Below are positions 19,698-28,428 of a stretch of 64,000 nucleotides of DNA, one piece after another. Below the pieces are notes generated by a model. That model did not search any database, had not been told where the DNA came from, and saw nothing but the letters and a program-made list of their open reading frames with translations. The stretch is from the NCBI GenBank assembly GCA_965199955.1, contig CBDATQ010000001.1, forward strand, positions 1,504,001-1,568,000, written 5' to 3'. The translations under genes and the position numbers were made by a program. Position 1 is the stretch's first letter. The number at the start of each line of letters is the position of its first letter. This DNA is from Spirochaetia bacterium. Its GTDB lineage: Bacteria > Spirochaetota > Spirochaetia > SZUA-6 > Bin103.

Positions 19698-20450
19698 TCA
19701 GCCGTCCGCCCGGCACCAGGCGGCGCAGTACTCGGGTGACCAGCGGCGCGACAGGAAGGAGATGCGCCCGGCGCGCGCCGCGCGCTCAGGCTCCGCCTCC
19801 GCCTCGATCCACGCCTCGGCGCCGGCCAGGTCCGGGAACTCGCAGATCCAGGCGCGGTGCCACGCCGGGACGGGGTCGATGAGCTGGAAGCACTCCAGCC
19901 GCAGCATCCCGTGCTCGCGGGCAACCCGCCGCAGGCCCTCGGTCCGCTCCGCATCGGCGCGCCCGTCGGCGCCCTCGGAACGGGAGAACTGCAGCACCAC
20001 CACGCTGGATTGGTCGGCGGCGAGGACCGGGATCACCGCTGGATCGGCTTCCTTCGGAACGATCACCCGCGGCGGTCCGGGCAGCCAGGCGTCGAAGTGG
20101 GCGGGCGCCAGCGGCCGGGCGAGGTGGTACTCGTAGAAGCCGTCCCGGCCGTAGGGCGGCGCCATCTCCGCCTCGATCCACTCCTCGGCGCCGGCGAAGG
20201 TCGGAAACTCGATCAGCCAGAACCGCTGCCAGCGCCCCTGCTGCCCGATCAGCCGGAAGCCCTCCAGGCGCCGCATGCGGTGGCGGGCGGCGACCGACAG
20301 CATCAGGTCGACGTGCTCCTGCTCCGCCGATCCGCGCTCGTCTTCAGTGAGCCGGTGCCAGCTCGCCAGGCGGCCGGTCTTGACCAGGACCATCACACGG
20401 TCGCGGCTCACCTCGAGCTCAACGGACACCTCGCCTGCCTCCTTCGTCAC
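19698..20450 (-). CDS. Hypothetical protein with two tandem ferredoxin-like (dimeric alpha+beta barrel) repeats
   Basis: Internal repeat RLE.F.LI.....W.R.W..EFP..AGAE.WIEAE. Confidence 0.65.
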   Translation of the reverse strand: MTKEAGEVSVELEVSRDRVMVLVKTGRLASWHRLTEDERGSAEQEHVDLMLSVAARHRMRRLEGFRLIGQQGRWQRFWLIEFPTFAGAEEWIEAEMAPPYGRDGFYEYHLARPLAPAHFDAWLPGPPRVIVPKEADPAVIPVLAADQSSVVVLQFSRSEGADGRADAERTEGLRRVAREHGMLRLECFQLIDPVPAWHRAWICEFPDLAGAEAWIEAEAEPERAARAGRISFLSRRWSPEYCAAWCRADG

Positions 20451-20459
20451 ATTGCGGAC

Positions 20460-21632
20460 TCATCGCGGGACGTCCACTTCCTGGCCGCCGCGCTCCGCGG
20501 ACAGGTACGCGGCGTACAGGACCGCGGTGGTGTCGATCGCCAGCGGCAGGCCGCTCGCCGGTGCGCGGCCGTCGCGGATCGCGCCCAGGAAGTCGGCCAG
20601 CTCCTGGCGGTAGCCGGTGGCCCAGTCCTCGTCCGGGGCCGGGAACGACCAGCCCTGCTTGGTGCCGATCTTCTCCACCACGTACACGTCGTCGAGCTGC
20701 CGCTCCTCCGGGTTGTACAGGAGGTTGGTGTCGGTCGGGTTGATGTTGCAGCGCATGCGGTGGTTGTTCGCGTACACCTCCAGCCAGTTGTGCACTCCGC
20801 CCATGACGATCTCCGTGGAGTGGATGTCGGCGACGGTGCCGTCGTCGAAGACCACGTGCACCTGGCAGTAGTCCTCCACGTCGTGGTAGTCGGTGCGCAG
20901 CCAGCCCAGGTCGCGGAAGCCGGCCGCCCCGGTCAGGCGATGGACGCGGGCGCTGACCGCGCGCGGCCGCACCGGGGTGCCGTCGGTGGCCTGCCCCTGC
21001 ACGCGCTTCAGGTAGAGCGCGGCAGTAAGCGGGTGGCACCCCTTGCCGACCAGCGACCCGCCGCCGGTCCTGGCCCAGATGCCGTACACCGGCGAGTGCG
21101 ACCCGGAGTGGGACTCCTCGCCCTGGATCCACAGGATGCGCGCCCGCGTCTTGACGATGACCTCGACCTCTTTCTGCACGGACGGGGCGTAGACCCAGTT
21201 CTCGGCGTAGCACAGCGTGACGCCGGCCCGCTCCACCGCGTCGCGCATGCGCGATGCGCTGGCCATCGCCTCCTCGAGCATCCCGCCCTTGGAGGCGAGG
21301 TCGCCGCGCCAGTCGGGATCGTCCGCCGGCCCGAAGGCGCCGGTGAACGGCTTCTCGACGATCACGTGTTTTCCCGCCGCGGCGGCGGCGAGCACGCACG
21401 GCTCGTGCGAGTAGGGAGGCGCGCAGACGTCGATGACGTCGGAGCCTTCCAGCAACCGGTCGAGCGAGGAACAGGCCGGCACGCCGTGGCGCGCGGCGAA
21501 CTTGTCGCGGCGCTCGGGGGTAGGCGAGTAGACCCCGGCCAGGGTGACGGCTCCGGAGCCGAGGCCGCGGTAGCACTCGGCGTGGAAGTTGGCGGCGAAG
21601 CGCGAGCCGACCAGCCCGACGCGCAGGCTCAT
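20460..21632 (-). CDS. Gfo/Idh/MocA oxidoreductase
   Basis: VGLVGSRFAA, KHVIVEKP, YAENWVYAP, GGGSL..KGCH. Confidence 0.9.
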   Translation of the reverse strand: MSLRVGLVGSRFAANFHAECYRGLGSGAVTLAGVYSPTPERRDKFAARHGVPACSSLDRLLEGSDVIDVCAPPYSHEPCVLAAAAAGKHVIVEKPFTGAFGPADDPDWRGDLASKGGMLEEAMASASRMRDAVERAGVTLCYAENWVYAPSVQKEVEVIVKTRARILWIQGEESHSGSHSPVYGIWARTGGGSLVGKGCHPLTAALYLKRVQGQATDGTPVRPRAVSARVHRLTGAAGFRDLGWLRTDYHDVEDYCQVHVVFDDGTVADIHSTEIVMGGVHNWLEVYANNHRMRCNINPTDTNLLYNPEERQLDDVYVVEKIGTKQGWSFPAPDEDWATGYRQELADFLGAIRDGRAPASGLPLAIDTTAVLYAAYLSAERGGQEVDVPR

Positions 21633-23527
21633 GGGCGATCTCCTTTTCCCACGACCGGCAACTCGATCGACGACGGATGCTCCGGCGACAGGTGGATGGT
21701 GTTGGTGGCCACCCGCGTGCGCGTGTGGCGGCCCATCGGCTCGCCGGTGTTGGGATTGACGTCGAAGCGCGGGAACGACGAGAAGCTGACCAGCAGCCGC
21801 AGCCGGTGGCCGGCGGCGAACAGGTTGCTGGTGGGGTACAGCGGGAAGGCGATCCGGTGCACCCGTCCGGGCTCCATCGGCCGCGGCCGGTCCATGCCGT
21901 CGCGGTAGCGCACGCGCATGATGCCGTCGGCGACGTTCAGGCGGTAGCCGTCCGGCCAGGCGGCGCTCGGCGGGTAGTAGTCCTGCAGCATCGCGAACAG
22001 GTCGGTGTCCGGCGCGTCGGACGACAGATGGATGGTCACGGAGATCGGTCCGGTCACCTCCAGCGGCTCCGCGAGCGGCTCGGTCGCGAACAGCAGCACG
22101 TCCTGCCGGGACTCCAGCGGCACGAACGGCGGCTCGCAGCCGTGCACGTCGGGCCGCGTGCGCTGGTCGGCGCCGCCCTGCACGATCATCACCCGCGTCA
22201 TGGCGTTCGGCGCCTCCGGCGTGAAGCGCGGCGGTGAGGGCAGGATCTCGTTCAGCGAGGAGGTGTTGGCGGCGATGCTCGGCAGCGGGTCTTCGGGATC
22301 GAAGCGGGCGGTCAAGTCGGCCGCCGCGGCCGGCGGGTCCGCGGTCAGGCCGCCGTCGGCGGCCAGGTAGAGCGGCGTCGGGACCGCGCGGGCGAGCGGC
22401 CACTCGCGCTCGGTGCGCCAGCGCCCGCCGTGCTCGAGCCGGCCCTCGGCGGTGCGTCCTCCCGCCCCGCCGCCCATCACGAACAGGCGCACCGGCGGCT
22501 CGGCCTCCACGCCGTTGGCCTCTCCGCGCAGGTGATGGTCGAACCAGCGCTTCACCAGGTGCCGGAAGTCGGCGGCTAGGTTGCCCGCGACCGGCATGCC
22601 CGGCCCCAGGTCGACGTCGCCCGCCACGCAGGTGTCCATGGTCGAATCGCCGTGCAACCACGCCCCCATCAGCAGCGACTGGTTGGCCAGCCGTGCGCTC
22701 AGCGCCTGGTAGTTTTCGACCGTGGCGCGCGTGTAGGAGTCATACCAGGAGCCGGCGTACATGGTTGGCACGTCGGCCGTCCGGTCGTAGTAGGCGGCGA
22801 AGTTCAGGCCGGGCTGCTGCCAGAACTCGTCCGCGTCGCCGTGCTCGTACAGGTCGCGCGCACAGCGCTCGTAGCCCGGCAGGCCGGCCAGCGGCGAGTC
22901 GTCGCCGCGCCACGGCAGGCGCCTGAGCCATTCGTACATCCGCTCGCCGGCGCGGGTCAGGCTCGCCTGCAGCTCCGGATCGTGCAGCGCCTCGCGCGAC
23001 ACCGTGCCGAAGGTCACCGCCCAGGTGAGCCAGCGCAGCTCCAGCGCGCCGTCGTGGCGCAGGGTCGCGGTGTTGCCGTTGGCGCCGCCCTGGTTGACCC
23101 ACATCGCCTTCAGGTGCGGCGGCCGCTCGATCGCCGCCGCGTTCTGCACCCACGCCAGGTAGGAGGTGCCGTAGGTGCCGACGTTGCCGTCGCAATACGG
23201 CAGTGACGCCAGCCACTCGATCGCGTCGTAGCCGTCGGGTCCCTCGTTGGCGAGCAGGACGAACTCGCCTTCCGAGGCGTAGCGCCCGCGGCAGTCCTGG
23301 ATCGCCGCCAGGTAGCCGTGGCCGGCCAGGAACTCGCACATCTCCTGGTGGGTGGCGCGCGCGCGGTTGTAGGGGGTGCGCAACAGGATCGCCGGGAACG
23401 GGCCCGGCAGTGGCTCGCCGTCGCGGGCCGGCCGCCAGACGTCGGTGGCCAGCCGGACGCCGTCGCGCGCGGTCATGCCGCAGTTGCGGGCGTTGACGAC
23501 TCCGTACGGGGGTGGTTCGACTGCCAT
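21629..23527 (-). CDS. CocE/NonD family hydrolase
   Basis: RDGVRLATD, RTPY, QDCRGRYASEG, GTSY, SWYD, SSFPRFDVNPNTG. Confidence 0.93.
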   Translation of the reverse strand: MAVEPPPYGVVNARNCGMTARDGVRLATDVWRPARDGEPLPGPFPAILLRTPYNRARATHQEMCEFLAGHGYLAAIQDCRGRYASEGEFVLLANEGPDGYDAIEWLASLPYCDGNVGTYGTSYLAWVQNAAAIERPPHLKAMWVNQGGANGNTATLRHDGALELRWLTWAVTFGTVSREALHDPELQASLTRAGERMYEWLRRLPWRGDDSPLAGLPGYERCARDLYEHGDADEFWQQPGLNFAAYYDRTADVPTMYAGSWYDSYTRATVENYQALSARLANQSLLMGAWLHGDSTMDTCVAGDVDLGPGMPVAGNLAADFRHLVKRWFDHHLRGEANGVEAEPPVRLFVMGGGAGGRTAEGRLEHGGRWRTEREWPLARAVPTPLYLAADGGLTADPPAAAADLTARFDPEDPLPSIAANTSSLNEILPSPPRFTPEAPNAMTRVMIVQGGADQRTRPDVHGCEPPFVPLESRQDVLLFATEPLAEPLEVTGPISVTIHLSSDAPDTDLFAMLQDYYPPSAAWPDGYRLNVADGIMRVRYRDGMDRPRPMEPGRVHRIAFPLYPTSNLFAAGHRLRLLVSFSSFPRFDVNPNTGEPMGRHTRTRVATNTIHLSPEHPSSIELPVVGKGDRP

Positions 23528-23598
23528 GGTGTGAGTGCTTGAGCGCGAGCCCGCGGGGCGGTACGGTCCGGTGACGATTCTCTGATCGGAGGGAACTG

Positions 23599-24927
23599 GT
23601 GTCAACGAAGACGAGCGAGTTGGATCTGCAGACCTACTGGATGCCGTTCACGGCGAACCGGCAGTTCAAGAGCGCCCCGCGGCTGGTGGAGTCCGCCGAG
23701 GGCGTCTACTACCGCTCCCGCGACGGCCGCCGGCTCATCGACGGGATCGCCGGCATGTGGTGCGTGAACGCCGGCCACGGCCGGCCCGAGATCGTGGAGG
23801 CCGTGCAGCGCCAGGTCGCGGAGCTGGACTACGCCACCTCCTTCCAGATGGGCCATCCGGCGGCATTCGAGCTGGCCGGCGAGCTGCAGGCGATACTGCC
23901 GGGCGACCTCGGCCACCCGTTCTTCGTGAACTCCGGGTCCGAGGCGGTGGACACCGCGCTGAAGATCGCGCTCGCCTTCCACCGGCGGCGCGGTGAGGGC
24001 GCCCGCACCCGCCTGATCGGCCGCGAGCGCGCCTACCACGGCGTGGGCTTCGGCGGGATCTCCGTGGGCGGCATGGGCCCCAACCGCACGCCCTACGGGG
24101 CGCTGCTCCCCGGCGTCGATCATCTGCCGCACACGCACGATCCGGAGCGCAACGCATTCAGCCGCGGGCAGCCCGAGCACGGCGCCGAGCGTGCCGACGC
24201 GTTGCTCGACCTGATCGCCCTGCACGGCGCGGAGACCATCGCTGCGGTGATCGTGGAGCCCATGTCCGGCTCGACGGGCGTGCTGGTGCCTCCGGTCGGC
24301 TACCTGGAGCGGCTGCGGGAGATCACCGCCGCGCACGGCATCCTGTTGATCTTCGACGAGGTGATCACCGGCTTCGGGCGGCTGGGCTCACCGTTCGCGG
24401 CCACGCACTTCGACCTGCTGCCGGACCTGGTCACGCTGGCGAAGGGGCTGACCAACGCCACCGTGCCGATGGGGGCGGTGGCGGTTCGCGAGGAGATCTA
24501 CGACACGTTCATGGCGGGACCGGAGGGCGCGATCGAGTTCACCCACGGCTACACCTTCTCCGGCCACCCGCTGGCCTGCGCGGCGGCGCGCGCCACGCTT
24601 AAGGTCTACGAGCGCGACAACCTGCTGACCCGCGCGGCCGAGCTCGACGGGCACTGGGAGAATGCCGCGCACGCCCTGCGCGGGCTGCCGCACGTGATCG
24701 ACATCCGCAACATCGGTCTGACCGCGGCGATCGAGCTGGCGCCGGTGACGGGCAAGGCGACCCTGCGCGGCATGACCGCCCTGCGCAAGGCGTTCGGGAA
24801 GGGGGCGTTCATCCGCGTCACCGGCGACACCATCGCCCTGGCGCCGCCGCTGCCCATCACACCGTCCCAGATCGACGACCTGTTCGCTCTGGTTGCCGAG
24901 ACCATCGAGGAGGTCGCCGACCTGTAG
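23599..24927 (+). CDS. Omega-amino acid/beta-alanine--pyruvate aminotransferase (class III)
   Basis: YWMPFTANRQFK, NSGSEAVDTALK, YHGVGFGG, FDEVITGFGR, AKGLT, HGYTFSGHP. Confidence 0.92.
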   Translation: MSTKTSELDLQTYWMPFTANRQFKSAPRLVESAEGVYYRSRDGRRLIDGIAGMWCVNAGHGRPEIVEAVQRQVAELDYATSFQMGHPAAFELAGELQAILPGDLGHPFFVNSGSEAVDTALKIALAFHRRRGEGARTRLIGRERAYHGVGFGGISVGGMGPNRTPYGALLPGVDHLPHTHDPERNAFSRGQPEHGAERADALLDLIALHGAETIAAVIVEPMSGSTGVLVPPVGYLERLREITAAHGILLIFDEVITGFGRLGSPFAATHFDLLPDLVTLAKGLTNATVPMGAVAVREEIYDTFMAGPEGAIEFTHGYTFSGHPLACAAARATLKVYERDNLLTRAAELDGHWENAAHALRGLPHVIDIRNIGLTAAIELAPVTGKATLRGMTALRKAFGKGAFIRVTGDTIALAPPLPITPSQIDDLFALVAETIEEVADL

Positions 24928-24933
24928 CCTCGC

Positions 24934-25740
24934 TCAATCAGGAGTCTGGAACGGGTTGTTCACGAAGTCGGCGATGACGCGGTTGAACTTGTCGGCTTCC
25001 GAGTAGAACGGTGCGTGGTCGCTGTCCTCGAAGATCTCCAGGCGGGCGCCGGGAATGTGGTCGGCGGCGTACCGGCAGCCCGGGAGCGCGCCGCTGTGGC
25101 GGCCGGCGGCCACCAACACCGGCACCCTGATCGCCGGACAGAGCGGGCGCCAGTCGTGCGCGTGGTAGTCGGGGCCCAGCGTCTCGCCGGACGGCGCATA
25201 GCCGGAGGCGGAGGCGGCCAGACGGTCGATCTCCGTGTCGTCGGCCTGCGGGCCGTAGACCGGACCCAGTATCGTCCGCATCGACCGCCGCCGGTGGTCG
25301 CGTTCGCTCTCGCCCGGCTGCTGCTCGGAGCCCGGCGGGCGTGGTGCGTGCACGGAGACGTGCACGGTCTCGTCGACCAGCACGACTCCCCGCAGCCGGT
25401 GGCCGCAGAACAGCTCCAGGTAGGAGAAGCAGGTGCGGGCGCCGATCGACCATCCGACCAGGGTCACGTCATGCAGTCCCAGGGCGTGGATGATCTCGCG
25501 CACGTCCGCCGCGTAGCGGGCGGTGCGGTGGCCCCAGGGGGTGCATTGCGAGCGGCCGCAGCCGCGCGTGTCCGGCGCGATCACGTGGAAGCGACGGCTG
25601 AGGTCCGGCAGGTTCCGGTCCCACCAGACGTTGCTCAGGCCCCCGCCGTGGATGAGCATCACGGCCTTGCCGGCGCCGGCCTCGTCGTAGTGCAGGCGCA
25701 CGCCGTCATTGGCGGTCACGTAGCCGGATATCCGCGTCAT
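24934..25740 (-). CDS. Alpha/beta hydrolase (non-heme haloperoxidase-like)
   Basis: DGVRLHY, IHG, DTRGCGRS, GWSIG, SDHAPF. Confidence 0.85.
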   Translation of the reverse strand: MTRISGYVTANDGVRLHYDEAGAGKAVMLIHGGGLSNVWWDRNLPDLSRRFHVIAPDTRGCGRSQCTPWGHRTARYAADVREIIHALGLHDVTLVGWSIGARTCFSYLELFCGHRLRGVVLVDETVHVSVHAPRPPGSEQQPGESERDHRRRSMRTILGPVYGPQADDTEIDRLAASASGYAPSGETLGPDYHAHDWRPLCPAIRVPVLVAAGRHSGALPGCRYAADHIPGARLEIFEDSDHAPFYSEADKFNRVIADFVNNPFQTPD

Positions 25741-25781
25741 CGATATCTCTCCGCCGGGACCGTGGTAGGCTCCGCGGCGAC

Positions 25782-26777
25782 ATGAACATCGGCATCGTCG
25801 GCGCGGGCGGCATCGGTACCCGCCACGCGCAAGCATACGCCAAGCACCCCAAGAGCGACGTGGTCGCGGTCTGCGACATCGACGAGGCGCGCGCCGCCCA
25901 GCTTGCCGACGCGTACGGCGCGCGGACGTTCACGTCCATCGCCGACATGCTGTCCAGCGGCACCGAGCTGGCGGCATGCAGTGTCTGCACCAAGGGCGAG
26001 GAGAACGGCGGCGACCACTTCGCACCGACCATGGAGCTGCTGGAAGCCGGTATCCCGGTGCTGGGCGAGAAGCCCATCTCCAACCGGGTCGACGAGGGAC
26101 GCAAGATGGTCGAGCTGGCCGCGGCGAAGAATCTGCCCTACGCGATCAACCTCAACCACCGCTTCACGCCGGCGGCCGAGCGCGCCAGGGAGTGGGTGGA
26201 CGCCGGCCGGCTGGGGACCCTGCACATGATCGGCATGACCATGTGGATCAACAACCCGGTGGAGACCTCGCCCTGGTTCCATATCCGCGCGCTGCATCCG
26301 CATTCCATCGACGTGATGCGCTACTTCGGCGGCGACATCAAGCGGGTGGCGGCGTTCTTCATGAAGGGGGAGGGCCGCTCGATCTGGTCCAACGCCAAGA
26401 TCATCTTCGAGTTCGCGGGCGGCATGATCGGGTCGCTCACTGGCAGCTACGACGCCGGAGGGGGCTTCGGCCTGGAGACCTGCGACGTGACCGGCTCCAA
26501 GGGGCGCTTCCTGCTGGAGGAGGCGTGCCAGCGCCTGACCTTCTTCACGCGCGAGAGCGAGGAAGCGGAAACCCTGCACTACCTGGGCGGGATGCTCGGC
26601 TTCAACGAGACCTTCGACAGCCGGATCGCCCGCTGGGTCGACCAGCTCGATGCCGGCGCGCCGCTGGAGCAGATCGACGCCTCCGGTGTGGACGCGCTGC
26701 AGGCGCAGCTCGTCATCGAGGCGTGCGTCCGCTCGTTCGAGCGCTCGGAGGTGGTCGAGGTCGAGCCGGTCGGCTGA
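25782..26777 (+). CDS. Gfo/Idh/MocA oxidoreductase
   Basis: IGIVGAGGIG, VLGEKP, NHRF, HSIDVMRYF. Confidence 0.9.
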   Translation: MNIGIVGAGGIGTRHAQAYAKHPKSDVVAVCDIDEARAAQLADAYGARTFTSIADMLSSGTELAACSVCTKGEENGGDHFAPTMELLEAGIPVLGEKPISNRVDEGRKMVELAAAKNLPYAINLNHRFTPAAERAREWVDAGRLGTLHMIGMTMWINNPVETSPWFHIRALHPHSIDVMRYFGGDIKRVAAFFMKGEGRSIWSNAKIIFEFAGGMIGSLTGSYDAGGGFGLETCDVTGSKGRFLLEEACQRLTFFTRESEEAETLHYLGGMLGFNETFDSRIARWVDQLDAGAPLEQIDASGVDALQAQLVIEACVRSFERSEVVEVEPVG

Positions 26778-26778
26778 G

Positions 26779-28428
26779 CTACCGTTTCAGAAGCCGGGCG
26801 GCGGTGAGCTTGGCTTCGTCCAGATCGGCCGCGAAGCCATCCTGCGGCAGGCGGTCGAAGATGCCGAGCGCGGTGAGGCTGTTCTCCAGGTCGCCGGAGA
26901 GCCCCGCCACGATGCAGCCCTTGTCCTGGCCGAGGACGCTGCCGTTGATCAGCTCCTCCAACGCCATGGCCGCGCTGTCGTCCATGCCTTCGGTCTCGCT
27001 GAAGTCGAAGATGACGATCTCGTGGCCGGCAAGGTCCGGGCTGATGACGCGCACGATCTCCCGCGCGGAGGCGATGGAGTAGCGGCCCCGCAGCGACAGC
27101 AGCCCGACGCGGGCGCGGAACGGATCGGCGTCCGGCGGCAGCTCGCCTTCCGGAAAGAGCACCATGTCGAGCAGCGGCGTGGAGACGGTCTGGTTGAGCT
27201 CCTGCCGCTCGGAGCGCAGCGCGTTCGCCATGCCGGCGATGAAGAAGCCGACGGCGATCGCGGAGATCACGTCCGCGAAGATCGACAGCGCCGCGGTCAG
27301 CAGCGTGACGATGCCGATGTCGGCCGACAGCCTGGGAATGCGCCGCAGGAAGCGGACGTCCATCATGTCCCACCCGACCTTGATCAGGATGCCGGCGAAC
27401 GCGGCGTGCGGGATCCAGGCCAGGGTGCTTCCCAGCCCGAACAGGACGGCCAGCAGTACCGCGGCGCAGACCACGGCGGTGACCGGGGTGCGCCCGCCCG
27501 AGCGGGCCGCGAGCAGCGAGCACGGGGCCGACGCGGCGCCGGGCAGACCGCCGATCAGGCCGGCCGCGACGTTGCCCACACCCAGGCCGAAGAGCTCGCG
27601 GTCGGGCTTGTGGGTGCGGCCGGTGATGGGGTCGATGATCAGCGCCGTCAGCAGGTTGTAGATGGAACTGAGGAACGCCAGGATCAGGGCCGGCTGGATG
27701 GCGTCCAGCAGGACGGAAGGGGAGAGAACGGGCATCTGCAGCGCCGGGATGCCGATCCGCGGCTCGGCGATGCGGGGTGCGGCCTGGAACCACAGCGCGC
27801 CTGCGAGCGTGCCGGCGATCAGCGCCGCAAGCGCGTTGGGGACCAGCCGGTGCAGCCGGGGCGGCCAGACGATGAACACGGCCAGGGTGATGAGCGCCAC
27901 GCCCAGCGCGTCCCCGTTCAGATTGGCCACCGCCTGCGGCCAGGAGGCGATGATTGCGATCAGCCCGATGCCGGGCTCGACCGGGGCGCCCAGGAACCAC
28001 AGCGTCTGGCTCATGAAGATGTAGCAGCCCACGCCCACGAACACGCCGCGGACCACGGAGACCGGCAGCCAGTTCACGAACCTGCCGAGGCGCATCGCCC
28101 CGAAGGCGATCTGCAGCAGGCCGGCCAGCATGACGATCGTGAACGCCTCGGCCAGGTCGTCGGCGTAGGTGCCGATGATGACCGCCGTGAAGATGGTCAC
28201 GATCGCGCTGGGACCGGAGATCATCGGCGCGGCGCCGCCGAGCACGGCGGTGAGGAACCCCACCGCGATCGCGCCGTAGAAGGCCGCCGCCGGCCCGAGC
28301 CCGGACAGCACGCCGAATCCGAGCGCCACCGGCACCATCATGACCGCGGATACGACTCCGCCGAACGCGTCCCCCTTCAGGTCACCGAGTCGGTATGGTC
28401 GCCGTCCGTCGGTGCCGCGGGTGACCAT
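26779..28428 (-). CDS. SulP family anion transporter with STAS domain (second paralogue)
   Basis: GDAFGG, LGFGVLSG, ISGPS, RELFGLGVGN, VIFDFSETEGMDDS. Confidence 0.9.
   Translation of the reverse strand: MVTRGTDGRRPYRLGDLKGDAFGGVVSAVMMVPVALGFGVLSGLGPAAAFYGAIAVGFLTAVLGGAAPMISGPSAIVTIFTAVIIGTYADDLAEAFTIVMLAGLLQIAFGAMRLGRFVNWLPVSVVRGVFVGVGCYIFMSQTLWFLGAPVEPGIGLIAIIASWPQAVANLNGDALGVALITLAVFIVWPPRLHRLVPNALAALIAGTLAGALWFQAAPRIAEPRIGIPALQMPVLSPSVLLDAIQPALILAFLSSIYNLLTALIIDPITGRTHKPDRELFGLGVGNVAAGLIGGLPGAASAPCSLLAARSGGRTPVTAVVCAAVLLAVLFGLGSTLAWIPHAAFAGILIKVGWDMMDVRFLRRIPRLSADIGIVTLLTAALSIFADVISAIAVGFFIAGMANALRSERQELNQTVSTPLLDMVLFPEGELPPDADPFRARVGLLSLRGRYSIASAREIVRVISPDLAGHEIVIFDFSETEGMDDSAAMALEELINGSVLGQDKGCIVAGLSGDLENSLTALGIFDRLPQDGFAADLDEAKLTAARLLKR

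Noticed and set aside
19857..21908. Long antisense ORFs (683 aa here; also 26650..28494 and 52459..54237)
   Set aside because: Shadows of real opposite-strand genes in GC-rich DNA; no recognisable motifs.
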